64,000 bases of DNA from the human T2T-CHM13v2.0 reference genome, Homo sapiens: assembly GCF_009914755.1 (NCBI RefSeq), contig NC_060934.1; one strand, given 5' to 3'. Positions 18,747 to 33,502 of this stretch are shown piece by piece (the first letter of the stretch is position 1; every line of letters begins with the position of its first letter). Under the pieces are notes generated by a model. That model ran no database searches, was not told the origin of the DNA, and saw only the letters and a list, made by a program, of their open reading frames with translations. The translations under genes were made by a program, and so were the position numbers.

Positions 18747-20092
18747 ACAACCGTTAGACTGTTCCTAAAGCTGTGTTTAAAATAAAACTTTAAGCTGGTA
18801 GCGCTATAGAAATAACTGTTGACACGCCCCTGTTTTAGAACCAATGTCACTAGGCCATCTTATTTGCTATTCTTTTTTTTTCTGGAAACGTCATTAATAA
18901 GAAGCCACAGAACTCCGTGCTTCTCCCCTTGTCAGGACATCTCTTGTGGGAACTCAAGCCAATGTGCACGTAAGGCTCTCTCTCTAAACTAGGATGGTGA
19001 GGGTTTCATGTCTTGGGGATGTTGCCTTGCTGTTCCTGGGATGTTTCTGATGCAGCCACGGATGCACAGGGGTGCCCGGAATTCACAACTGAGGAGCACA
19101 ATCCCAGTGAGACAGCAGGAGCTTTGCCGCAGTGGCATGGAGGTGACACTGGGAGGAGACACACACTGACCCTGGGCCCACGGCCCCTGTTAACAGCCTG
19201 GCCCCACCACAGGACACAACAGTCTGTCCCAGGCTGGTGATGCCAGTGACGCCCCAAAGCGCCTTGGTAGGAGGGACTGTGGACACAGCCTGCCCATCCA
19301 GCAACTGTGCCGGCTGTTGCTCCACGCACCTGCCCGCCCCCTGCTCGCCCTGCCTCTTTGAACACCTGTTCCCACTGTGGCCTTTCAAAGGCGTCCCTCT
19401 CTGCAGTCTTCATTCCAGAGTTATGTGAGTCTCCCCAGGCTGTCCGTCCTGTCAGGGGTCCCCCCGCCGTGCCCCACTTGTCTGATGACCTGCTCTGACA
19501 CTCTTCTAAGCATGTTTTTGGCTTTAACATCTCTTTGGGCACCACATGTACAAGACAATAAGACCAAACTACAAGACCAAACTCAAATGCTGTGAGGAGG
19601 CAGCTGGGGAGCACCTGTAGGAGAAATAACTCGGTATCAGAGAGTGGGGAGTGGTAAGGCTTTGGTAGTTTGTTTATAATCAGAATTATTCAAGTTTATT
19701 ATAACATCATCTAATAAAGCAAGTCTGGAGAAACTGATGTGGGGCAAAGAGCCTCATTTTGACCCATTCAGAGTTCCTGAAACTTTGGCTTAAATCCATC
19801 CAACAAGAGTGGCACCCCAGTTTTGAAGTCATCACAATGAGGAAAGATGGGGCTCTAACCTACAGAATTACCCACTCCATGTGGGCACAAACCAGAGGAA
19901 GCTTCCACACCTCGGCCTACCTGACGGCAGAGCATCTTTAAAATAAATGTCTTAATTCATAATAATGCTGGCATACTAATGTGGAAATTATGATTAAAAT
20001 CATTCAAAGAACCAATCAGTCACCAAGCAAGCACACACAGACATGTAGATGTCTATTACCTTGGGGTTATGTCACCAGTCTTTTACAAACAA

Positions 20093-20093
<1 letters not shown>

Positions 20094-20149
<56 letters not shown>
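20094..20149 (+). repeat. (CT)n(CA)n compound microsatellite
   Basis: Read directly; ~21 pure CA units. Confidence 0.95.
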
Positions 20150-20150
<1 letters not shown>

Positions 20151-20349
20151 GCTTGCTAGAGTCTGCACCTTTTTCAAGTCGTCCCAAGAGAACAATGGGA
20201 CTCATGCTCTTGACTGATTTGGGGGTGAACCAAGGAGAGAAGAAGCCTGCTTCATTAGCTAAAACCAAAAGAAGGGAGGGTACTATTTATACAATCAGCT
20301 CAGAAAATACCTCTGCCACCCCTCCATCAGTGATGTTTACTTCACCTGA

Positions 20350-20682
20350 TTATTTTGGTTCGTTACCATGGTCTGGCTGGACTATAAACAACATAGTTAT
20401 TTCTCACGGTTCTGGGGGAACCAAACTGCTGGGAAGTCCAAACTTTAGGCTCTTGGCAAACTTGGCGTCTAGTGAGAGTTTGGCCCCCCAGTTCACAGAC
20501 AGTGACTGCTCACTGTGTACCCGCAAGGCGGAAGGGGTGAGGCAGCCATCTGGGGCCTGATGATATGGGCACTAATCCCAATCGGGGGCTCTGTCCCCAT
20601 GGTCGAATCACCTCTTAAATGGGGATTAAGATTTCAGCATGTGAATTTGGAGGGGAATGGGGCACAAACGTTGTCTATTGCA
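20350..20682 (-). mobile_element. MLT1A/MST-like MaLR LTR
   Basis: TATTTCTCACGGTTCTGG, GGGCACTAATCCCA, GGGGATTAAGATTTCAGCATGTGAATTTGG. Confidence 0.75.
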
Positions 20683-20829
20683 CCGTTTTTATTCATTTAA
20701 AAATGTTGAAAGAGGATTAAAAATAAGAATAAAAAACTCTCAGCCTAGAACATGCTATTTGCCAATGAGATTTTCTTTTTATTTTATTTTTAAAGATCAA
20801 CACCACTTACTTTCCCAAGCTTATTTTGA

Positions 20830-21500
20830 AAGTTGACTTAACAGAAATAATAAGAGGCTTAAAATTTACAATTTCCTTTACCTAGAAATTCCATAAACAA
20901 TCTAAAAGGCAAACAGAAAATTTGAGGAAAGTTTCCAACATATAGGATAGGAAAAAGTTAACATTCTTAGACTATAAATGACTGACATTATTTGAAAAGG
21001 CACACACTTCAATAGCATAATGGGCAAAGAATATAAACAAGTAATTTAGAAAAAAAACCGTATGGCCATAAAAAAAGAAAAAATATATATATGTATATAT
21101 ATATATATATGAAATTATTTAGCCTCAATAGCATTCAAAGAACTATAACATACCAGATACTATTTTCACCCATCAAAAGTCAAATATTAAAAATAAGTTA
21201 TAGTATCCAATGTTGTCCCACATATGAGGAAGTAAACAGCCTCCTACACTATTGGTGGAAAACAAATTAATACAACCTTTTTGTAAACTAATTTGCTTAT
21301 TCCTATTAAAAACCTTTAAAATAAGTACATCCTTTTGTCCAATAAGTTTACTTGGAAAGATTTATTATAATAATTATAGCTATACTCAAAGATTTAACTT
21401 AAATATGTTCATTGTTTATATCTGATCAAATATTTGTACAATCTGGTGACCAGAATAATACATAGTATAACCCCATTTTTGTGGAAACAAATATTTATAT
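20830..21500 (+). mobile_element. L1ME-like 3' ORF2 fragment
   Basis: A-rich; AATGGGCAAAGAATATAAACA, GATACTATTTTCACCCATCA, CTCCTACACTATTGGTGG motifs. Confidence 0.65.
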
Positions 21501-21503
21501 GTA

Positions 21504-22187
21504 CAGTTGACCCTTGAACAACATGGGTTTGAACTACTCTAGTCCACTTGTGTGTGGATTTTCCAATGAATATATTGAAAACTTTTTTGGAGATTGTAAC
21601 AATTTGAAAAACCTTACAGATGAGCTGCTTAGCCTAGAAATCCTGAAAAAATTAAGAAAAAGGTATGCCATGAATACTAAACTATATGTAGATACTAGTC
21701 TTATTTATATGTTAATCAGCTGTTCATGCTATCAGTAAGGCTTCCTGTCAGGAGTCAGCTATCAGTAGTTAAATTTTAGGGGAGTCAAAAGTCATATGTG
21801 AATTGTATTCGTCCGTTTTCACCCTGCTGATAAAGACATACTTGAGACTGGGAAGAAAAAGAGGTTTAATTGGACTTACAGTTTCATGTGGCTGGGGAGG
21901 CCTCAGAATCACAACGGGAGGTGAAAGGCACTTCTTACTTGGTGCTGGCAAGAGAAGATGAGAGAGAAGCAAAAGCAGAAACCCCTGATAAGCCCATCAG
22001 ATCTCATGAGACTTATTCACTATCATGAGGACAGTATGGGGGAAACCACCCCAATGATTTAAATTATGTCCCACCAGGATACAATTCAAAATGAGATTTC
22101 GGTGGGGACACAGCCAAACCCTACATGAATATTTAACTGTGCGAGAGGTCAGTGCCTATAACGCTTGCATTGTTCAAGGGTCAACTG
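21504..22187 (+). mobile_element. Tigger2-family non-autonomous DNA transposon (split by a THE1 LTR)
   Basis: Terminal inverted repeats CAGTTGACCCTTGAACAA / TTGTTCAAGGGTCAACTG flanked by TA on both sides. Confidence 0.9.
21804..22125 (-). mobile_element. THE1 (THE1C/D-like) solo LTR with internal deletion
   Basis: TGTATTCGTCCGTTTTCAC...CAGCCAAACCCTACA; 5-bp TSD TGAAT (21799-21803, 22126-22130). Confidence 0.9.
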
Positions 22188-23408
22188 TATATAATATATA
22201 GTTAAAAAAATACATAAAAGTATACACAGCAAAGAGGTTACTCTGGAGTGGCAGAATTTTATATTATTTTAATTTTTTCTCTGTTAATCTATGTGGACTA
22301 TTTTTCCTTTAATAATCATGTGCTATGCCCTTAGATGTATTTATTATGTGAAAAAAGATAGTTATTCCTTTATTACTAAAAATAAATGCTTCTAGAATAA
22401 ATAAGTAAAAGTAATATAATTATTTGGTACAGATTTTTAATAAAATGATGTTAAAGAATAAAAATTCTTACATATGCAAGGAAGAATCAGAATGTGTATA
22501 ACAAAAAAGCAATAGTCTTCATGTGTGATTATGAATTGTGAGATGTTTATTTTCTTCTTGTTCTCATCCACACTGTCTAATTTCTCTGTAAGAATGTTGA
22601 TTACTTTCTAAGAAAACATAGTTTAATTGGCACCTTGGGGTTGTGGTGAAACAGGCATCCTGATGCCAGTATAATTGGCTACAGCCTTTCTTAAAAACAA
22701 TTTTCAAATTCCTTTCACTATCCTTAAAAGATGACAGTGTTTTACATAGTGATTCCATTCCTGTTGATCTATCTTAAGGATATAATCAGAATATTGACTC
22801 AAGACTGTTGTTTTTCCAGAATTCTTTCAAATTGAAAAAAAAAATTTAAAAAGAAAAGAATATCTAAATAAATAAAGTATATCAATATAATGAACTATTG
22901 TGCAATCATTAGAATGATTTCTAAGTGTTTTTTACATAGTAACTTGTTATTGAACATTTAGTTTGAGTCATACGTTATATCAAAAGTTTCACCATGCATG
23001 AGTTCATTTGATTCTCTCAACAAACCTGTGAATTAATATTGTGACCATGATTAGTCACATGAGAAAACTGAGGATAAGAGAAAACTATAAGACTCTTATG
23101 TGACAAAATGTCTAAACAGAGTAACTATTTGAATCCAGCCCCTATGGATTTTGCTACTACTATCTGGAAATGATAAAGCAAAATCAGACACTACCAGTGA
23201 TTTAATGCTAAGAGGAAAAAAAGTCATCACCTAAATTGTATCCTATTAAAATAGACATATAGGCATAGGAAGAAATAGAGCAAAACATTCATAGACACAA
23301 TATGGGCATGGCAAGTTTTCAAATAATTTTTATTTTTTTAAAATTTTGTTCCTTTCTGTGTTTCTCAAATGTACTACAATGCACATGTATTATAAGAAGA
23401 AAAAAATA

Positions 23409-23755
<347 letters not shown>

Positions 23756-24896
23756 TCAAACGGGGGTTATTCTCATGTTTGGCATGTGTCATATAAACAC
23801 TAAACAGTGCTAGAATAATGGGTAACTTGACTTTATACACACTGTGCTTTATCATAATTCTGCAGAAAATGATACAAAATATATCACTTGACTTAGAATA
23901 TGAAGGTCAATATATTTTGTAATTAGGTATTTGACAAATGCTTTCCTGTAAGAGCTCCTCGCTTTATAAATATGGACTCACTGATATCGATGATAAAATA
24001 AATATCAAAGTTTGTCATCCACAGGGGAAGGATGTTGAGATAAGATTTTCGTTTCACCCTTTACCCACTCATATGGTATGAGAGGGACCCCAGCAGAGCA
24101 GGAAGTTCAGGTAACATTACTCAGCATTACTCAGTCTCTTCTGAGCTGTTTCTTTCTCACTTGCTGTCTTACATCCTTCAGATATTACTTTTTACAAGAC
24201 TTCAAACACTAATAAAATGATACACATTAGTAAAAGAGAAAAATCCATTATATAACCCTTCAGAATAGACTAAAGGAGCAGAGTCCATAAAAGCTGAATC
24301 ATCCCATTGTGTAGGTCCCTACCAAAAACACTTGACTTATCAGCTGAGCCAGGAAACCTCATCTTCAGTACACATGAGATATCAGTAGCTGTTTCACAGG
24401 TTGGTCATCAAGGGAGGCATTTAGGTAAAGATTCGCATTCTGACTTTATCACTCACTAACTGGAGAATTGCAGCAAGTTACTCAAGCCCTTAATACCTCT
24501 GTTTTCTCAGTATTAGGAATGCAGAGTAATGTCTATTACATAGGGCAGTTGTGAAATTTGGGCAAGAGAGTGTGTGTTAAATCCAGAGGCTGACACATAA
24601 TTAAGTATTCAACTCAGTCAGCGAATGTGTTTACTAAGTGCCAAGTCACCCACTGAAATCAAACCTGTCCGTGGTGCCACAGATACAGCTGTAAGAATGC
24701 AGCCAAAACCCTGTCCTCCGCCAGCTCATATTTTAGTGATCCTTATTGTACAGGTCTTGAATTTGACCAATCAGCAGACATAGTGGTTTTTGTTATAATA
24801 AAATCTAGATTAAACATATTTATTGGATAATTTTTAAATCTTCAGAAAAAGATTCACAAAATAATATTTTATATTGCAATGTATATTTTTACTTGA

Positions 24897-25240
<344 letters not shown>

Positions 25241-25265
25241 AATCCACTTTTCAGAAAGACTTTTT

Positions 25266-26385
25266 TGATAGTTAATTTTATGTCAACTTGACTGGGCAAA
25301 GGGATGCCCAGATAGCTGGTAAAAGTCCATTCCCAGGTGTGTTTTTGGAAGAGATTTGCATTTCATTTGACTTGATGGGATTGATTTTTGAATTGGTGAA
25401 TGGAGGTAAAGAAGACCCACCCTCGCCAATGTGGGCATAATCCAGTTCTTTTGTAACCTCCCAGCGGGTTCACCTTGTTCGCTGCTTAGACAGAACCGAT
25501 TTATCAAGACAGGGGAAATGCAATGGAGAAAGAGTAGTTCACACAGAGCCAGCTGTGTGGAAGCTGGAGTTTTATTATTACTCAAATCAGTCTCCCCGAA
25601 CATTTGGAGATCAGAGTTTTTGAAGATAATTTGGTGGGTGGGGAGGGGCAGTGAGTTGGGGAGTGCTGATTGGTTGGGTTGGAGATGAAATCATGGAGCA
25701 TCACTGTCTTCTTGGGCTGAGTTAGCTCCTGGGTGGGGGTCACAAGATCAGATGGGCCAGTTTATCCATCTGTGTGGTGCCAGCTGCTTCATCAAGTGCA
25801 GGGTCTACAAAACATCTCAAGCACGGATTTTAGAAGCAGTTTAAAGAGGTTCAGAATCTCGTAGCCTCCAGCTGCATGACTCCTAAACCGTAATTACTAA
25901 TCTTGTGGCTAATGTTAGTAGCCTAGTTCCCAGGCAAGAAGGAGGTTTGTTTTGGGAAAGGGCTGTTATTGTCTTTGTTTTAAACTGTAAACTATGAACT
26001 AAGTTTCTCCCAAAGTTAGTTCAGCCTATGCCAAGAATGAACAAGGACAGCTTGGAGGTTAGAGGCAAGATGAAATTGGTTAAGTTGGATCTTTTTCACT
26101 GTCTCAGTCATAATTTTGCAAAGGCAGTTTCACTTTCAGAGCCCAAACAGTACAAAAAATGTAGCGGAAGGGTGAATTTTCTTTCTGTGTTGTAGCCAGG
26201 ACATCCATCTTCTCCTGCCCTCACGTTGGGAGCTTCTGGTTCTTAGGTCTTCAGATTTGAACTTGGGACTTGGGACTGAGCCACACCACCAGCATTCCTG
26301 GCTCTGCAGCTTGCAGACAGCAGATTGTGAGACTTCTAGGTCCTCATAATCTCAACAGCCACTTCCGTTAATCTCTATATATACA
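25266..26385 (+). mobile_element. MLT2 (ERVL) LTR, split by LTR8 and 3'-truncated
   Basis: TGATAGTTAATTTTATGTCAACTTGACTGGGC... to 25451; resumes at 26133 with GGACATCCATCTTCTCCTGCCCT...GCTTGCAGACAGCAGATTGTGAGACTTCT. Confidence 0.85.
25452..26132 (-). mobile_element. LTR8 (ERV1) solo LTR
   Basis: Minus strand begins TGAAACTGCCTTTGCAAAATTATGACTGAGACAGTGAAA; TG...CA ends; 4-bp TSD CTTT (25448-25451, 26133-26136). Confidence 0.88.
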
Positions 26386-26456
26386 TATACATATACATGT
26401 GTGTGTTCATGTATGTGTGTGTGTGTAGTCCATGTATGTGTGCGTGTGTGTATAGT

Positions 26457-26659
26457 AACACTTTTGTTACTCCATTTAACCTTGATTACATAACATTCAC
26501 AAGCAAGTGTTTAAATACAATTCTTTTTTAATTTGAATTGTTTGGTATTTTGTGGGCCTTTTGGTTTAAAGGCTCATATTATTTAGCTTTAAACAATATT
26601 CTTGTTTCATTTATTTTATAATTTCTGTTTTTCCAAGTTTATTTTGCTCTAACTCCTGC
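26457..26659 (+). repeat. Copy 1 of a ~200-bp local duplication (copy 2 at 27508-28038 carries an Alu)
   Basis: AACACTTTTGTTACTC...AACTCCTG aligns by eye with 27508-27575 plus 27896-28038. Confidence 0.9.
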
Positions 26660-26926
26660 TATTTTTTTGCCTTCAAGTTTCATATATACATTTTTTGTCA
26701 TATATATGCATGTGTGTGTGTGTGTCCTTGAAGACAAGAAATATATACATATGGACCTTGAAGACAAGGACTACACACACACACACACACACATGCACAC
26801 ACACATGCACACATGCATGCACATTTTATGTATTTGCATCTATACATGCATAGAGAGCATATATATGTATATGTGTATATATACGTGTGTGTGTATATAT
26901 GTGTGTGTTTATATGCGTGTGTGTGT

Positions 26927-27035
26927 CCTTGAAGACAAGCAATGCAGTTGTTGTTTACATGTCCTGTGCCTATCACAATGCATGGGATATGATATGCTTT
27001 CAGTAAAGCTTGCTGAACAAATGCATGAATGAATG
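26927..27035 (+). mobile_element. L2 3' end fragment
   Basis: CCTTGAAGACAAG...TGTGCCTATCACAATGC...TGCTGAACAAATGCATGAATGAATG. Confidence 0.6.
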
Positions 27036-27531
27036 GGTTAGCAAAAATATTTTAACCTGCCTAAAAGAAACCATAAAATTTATAATTTTTTAAAGCAAGA
27101 CTGTCATGTATATATCAACAGATAAATGAAAATTTGTTAGAGAAAAAAGAAAAAGCCCAGAATGAGAATATTATGTTATCTTTATCCAAACTAACTCCTG
27201 TAGATGTGAAACTTGGAGAGAAAATAAACAGGATCATTTGCTTAGGATTTCTCTTCTAAGAGCTCTAAATATCGGAAACACACTGAGTAGCAATATTGCA
27301 TCCAAATCTGTTGGTTAACAAATTAAAAATGTATAAAATAACAAACATCTTCCTTAGGGTAGGCCCATAAAAAATAGATTTACTAAATGAAAGAAGTAGT
27401 GTTTCAAAATAATTTCTATCACTAATTTGAAGGTTTTGCTTTATTGCATTTTTTGTTCAATACTGCTAAAGCAATTCTTATCATTTTTTCAGTGATTCTC
27501 AATTTTGAACACTTTTGTTACTCTGATTTAA

Positions 27532-27895
<364 letters not shown>

Positions 27896-28496
27896 GCAAT
27901 TCTTTTTTTAATTTGAATTGTTTGGTATTTTATGAGCCTTTTAGTTTAAAGGCTTATATTCTTTAGCTTTGAACAATATTCTTGATTTATTTCTTTTATA
28001 ATTTCTGTTTTTCCAAGTTTCTTTTGCTGTAACTCCTGTTGTGTGTTTTTTTTTTTAATTAAGCTTTCCTGGAATCGTTATCTATATATTTTACTTTTCC
28101 CTATTTTTTCTGTATCTTTGTATTTTTCTCAATTAACTACTAGAATAATGTAAGTTAGTATTTGACATTTTGAAATCTTACCATCGATATCAGAGTCACA
28201 ATTTATGGGGAAAGAAAGAAGGTTAAAACAAAGACAGCGCCTAGCATAATCTCTTTCGCAATAGTGCTGATTAGATTAACTACGTACTAAGTAGAGCAAT
28301 AAAGTAGCTGCAGTGAATAGTGAGGAAGGACAAGCATCCCATTCAAGCAGCATCAGGAAACCTTTATCTGGCGCTCACCAGCTCTGTGCCCCACGCTGCT
28401 GATAGGTGATCAGCATGGCTTTGTCCTTGACCTTGAGGACTGAAAGCTTAATATTTCCTTTTCCTGCCTTCCTTTGCCATATTAAAACAATTCCAA

Positions 28497-28645
28497 ACTG
28501 GTTTTGGTGGTGCATACCTGTAATCCCAACTACTCAGAAGGCTGAGGTGGGAGGATCCCTTGAGCGCTGGAGTTCAAGGCTCCAATGAGCTCCAATGGTA
28601 CCACTGCACTCAGGCCAGGGCCACAGAGCAAACTCTATTTCTAAA
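28497..28645 (+). mobile_element. FRAM / old Alu right monomer
   Basis: Single degenerate monomer with GGAGGATCCCTTGAGC...AGTTCAAGGC. Confidence 0.75.
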
Positions 28646-28653
28646 GTAAACAA

Positions 28654-28995
<342 letters not shown>

Positions 28996-30108
28996 TCAGT
29001 CTTTGAATAAAGCTTCTCATTATATTATGATATAAAAATATTAAATTTTACTCCTAAAAATCTTACAATCACTATCCCTCTTTATTTTCCATTGGACCAT
29101 ACCAGCCAGTCAGAATATTCTCGCACTCTCTAATCCACACTCATCCACAAAAACACACATGCATTCAATATTCACATGCCCAAAAGCTATCTCCACCCAT
29201 TGTTCAATTTATATAAAGTCACTATTCTATTTCCAATAGTCATCCATCCACTCATTCGAACCAAGGTTCTCAGTTAACTGTAATTCCATGAGCTGCAAAG
29301 TTCTTCACCTTTGAAGATGTCACATTGTTTTCTAGAATTTCTCCTTCCTCCTAACAGTCTTGTCACCATACGCATCTTGCTCCAGCTGCCTTCTGGAGCA
29401 GGTGATGGGATGAGAGAGGAAGAAGAATCCCTCCTCCCATCTCTCAGAAGTGCAGCTTCTGCCAATCACCATGAAACAGCAGGAACACTGGGCTGAAAAC
29501 AAGCACTGAAGGAACCAAAGAGTAAATAAATATCAGCACAGACGCAGACCTTGATATCCAGCTCATCAAAGCGTGCTGCACCCTCCCAAAAAACAGTCCC
29601 TTACTTGAAAGAGCGTTAGAATTAGAGACGAGCCTGTGACGCTTGGCAACACCACAGCTGCTCTCAGCAGGGTGCCACAGCACAAAAGGGTCTCAGGAAA
29701 TTGTCACAAGTGAAGGAAACACAAATGTAAAATTGATGAGGAAAATACCTGCCTTAAAATGATAATGGCAATTGGAAGTATTCCAGATGGCGTCAATGTG
29801 GAAATGATCCAGTAAATGAGATTACAGCCGGGTAGTAGCATGCCAGGTCAATCTTAAAAGTTGTTGTGTATAGCGATGTTTATTAATTTGAAAAGATATT
29901 CATATATTTTATGAGAAAGAGTCAGGTTTCAAACAATATGTAAGATAGGGTTCTGATGTAAAGACATAAGGAAAAGGAGAGAGCGAACGAGAAATTGACA
30001 GGATCTGTAACTATGTGTAATGCTGGATGGTGAATTGTTTTCTTTCTTCCTCTTTGTTCTTTGTTCCTACAGTCTAATATTTATAGTAAGTGTATATTTT
30101 ACAACTAG

Positions 30109-30291
<183 letters not shown>

Positions 30292-32282
30292 TGAAACATT
30301 TTTAAATGTATAAATTTCACACTGCAGTGCAATACAAGGCAGAGAAGCACTTCGGTGCAGTGGGAACTCCGCGTGGGGGCCACATCCCCGGGTTTCACCT
30401 CCAGTTCTGCTGCCAAGACATTTAAGAAAGTCATTTAACCATTAGAGCTCATTTCTCCACCTTAAACATGAAGACGCTAAGTCCACTTATGGCTATAAAA
30501 TCTGGAGTAATCGATTTTTTAAACCCATATATCTACCCACCCTAAACACACTGTTCTTACACACATTGCCAAACTCTCCGGCTCATCGTCACACAGCAAA
30601 GCCAAAGACCTCAAACTTTTCTGCCAGGTGACAGCCCTGCTGGAGGCTTCTGGTCACCTTGCACATTCCCGTGTGTCCTCTGGACAGAACACCACGCAAG
30701 CCTACACGCCCCACAATCCAGGGGAGGCTGAATTAGCAGCTGTGCAACACCACTAATGTGGAGCCTTTCCAGCTTCATTGAGTTTGACTTAAAATAAATG
30801 GAGACTTGTGTGTGTTGGGTGAGGGTGGTGGTGCGTATCCCCATTTTGTTTAATTTGGGAAGGGACTTTTGGTGGCTTTGCCAACCCATGGCAATATTTG
30901 CAGTAAAAATTCACAGCTGATTCTCTCCCTTCTGGTCTGTGGAGTCTCCTTGGGAACCACTGATATGAATCCAGCCCCTGTCTACAGAGGTGGAGGATCA
31001 GGGGGCGTCTGCAGGAGCATGTGGCCAGGCATGGGTGCACCTAGATGCGGTGAGCAGGGGTACTGGAGAACAGGGTCCCTGACAGAGGGATGCAGGTCGT
31101 GGAGGACATCGGCCAGGGACCCTGGAGCGCCATAAAGCTGCTGGGGCTGAGGCAGGATGAAGTCGGCACACGCGATGTTCTCTGTTTCTCAAACTGGGGG
31201 ACGGCGGGATGAAAGCGGCACCCAGGAAGGCTCAGCCTGGCACGAGTGTGCGAGCTGAACGGAATGTGGACGGTGTTGGCCCAGGACGCAGCTCAGAGGC
31301 TGCTGCAGTAATCCCGGCGTGAATGAGGCTGTAATCCCCACAGAATGATGTGCTGGGCAATGTGGAGCCTGGCTTCATTTCCAGCTCTATTTATGGCTCT
31401 GAATTACAGGAAAAGTGGGGGAGGGCACTGCTCCTGAAGCTCCGTTTCCTCCTCCCGTGGTCCTAGGTATCTGACCACCTGCAGCCACAGTCCCTGAGCA
31501 CACTGTGCATGCGGGAAGCCCAAATACACAGATTCTGGAACTTTCCGAAGACACAGAGGGTGGCTCTGTTCTTCCCCTGAAGGCAACTCATCCATGCCAC
31601 ACGTGTCTTTATCACTACCGGAAAGCTCCAATGCGTCCTAACGCCTCCGGTTTGATGGTTGACTCTGTTTCACTCTGAACACCACAGAAGAAGACGGCCG
31701 TGCCAAAGATGCACGGGAATGAGAATGTTTGCCAGATAGGAGCACAATTTTCATCAAGCTTGGTTCTTAGGAGTGACACTCACTTTATGACATAAACTCA
31801 AATTTCTTTTACACAAAAATCAGGGGCAGTAATAAAAAGGTATTCTATGTGACCGGGAAGCATGGTCAACCGTGAAAACAGAACTTCAAAACAAGAGGCA
31901 GAGCCAATCAGGGAACGCTTCCATACAAACAACGTGCACAGCAAGGGCTGAGAAAAATAAGGCCTTTTCCTGGGTATTGTTTTGTGGGACTGCATCACGG
32001 TTGCAAAATTCGTGTGCCTCACTGGAAGCACAATGTTCTGCACTTACACCCTAGTAAATATTTTTACAAGATAATACTTCATGATAAAGGTGTTTGGCTC
32101 ACAAAACCTCTCCCTGTCAACAACTGGAGGTTGACCTGTCACTTGCCCAAAGCTGTACAAACACTGGTGGGGGATATTTGCATCTGTCACTTCTAAAACA
32201 CCCTCCTTTTTAAATCTAGTATGAAAGACAGTTTCCTCCAAAAAAAAAAAAAAAAAAAAAAAACCAAAAGCTGTTTCTTTTT

Positions 32283-32314
<32 letters not shown>

Positions 32315-33164
32315 TTTTTTTAATGTTCCTAAGACTGGGGAAATCTGAATCTTTTCCTGAAAGCAGAAGTGACTGGCTGGCATGAATTAATAGGATTCAT
32401 TGGTGCTGACTCCCCCACCTGCACATTCCTGCCCACAGTCGCGAATCTTGACGATGACATCCATGAGCACAAAGAATTATGCCAGGCAATCCTAGAGAAT
32501 GGGAGTGTTTAACCTTTTCCTCGCCATCTTGTCTACTTTTATCTCTGCAGAACCCTCTGTGGAAGCGGTGGTCTGACACAAGCATTTCTGGATGACACTG
32601 AACCTGCTTACAACTCCCTGCTGCTGTCAGGCAGAACATTCTCCAAACCGCATGAATTTGGAAGTCTGGACACTTCAGGCATCATCAGGTTTATGGTTTT
32701 GTCATAACCCTGCTGAAAGTCCTTTACCATCTCCAGGCCTCCATTTATTTTCTATAAAATAAGGAGTTTGGAATGGCACTGTGTTGATATTCTCCAGTTT
32801 TGTGAAACATCGTACTCAACAATCGCGAGCAGGCATTTTACAGACCTTGCTTTCCTAGACCTGCTCAAGTAGAACATTCAGGTCAGTGCTAAGAGTTAAT
32901 ATGCTGCCTCCGTCTGACCTCCACATTATGAAAAAAAATATAAAGGAAAGAGCAAAAGGTAGAGCAAGTAGGTTTCGGGCTTGGTGGAGTAGCTCTGAGT
33001 GCTGCCCTGTCCTTGGCTGTGTGTGCCAGGTGAAGCGTCTGTGAAGGTCCCCAGTGGGGTGTGCAGAGCACAAGGGCTGCTTCTGAATGCAGGCACGTGA
33101 TCTAAGGACACTGTGCATCACCAGTGTGACCCCAGGAGTAGTTTCAGAGCTTTGATAAGACCTA

Positions 33165-33502
<338 letters not shown>

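Noticed and set aside
19006-19614. 202-aa ORF with several overlapping ORFs
   Set aside because: GC-rich stretch open in many frames, with no protein motif or convincing exon structure.
26726-26939. Three CCTTGAAGACAAG direct repeats with spacers, superficially CRISPR-like
   Set aside because: Eukaryotic DNA, 13-bp repeat, irregular microsatellite spacers and no cas genes. Reported instead as a rearrangement scar.
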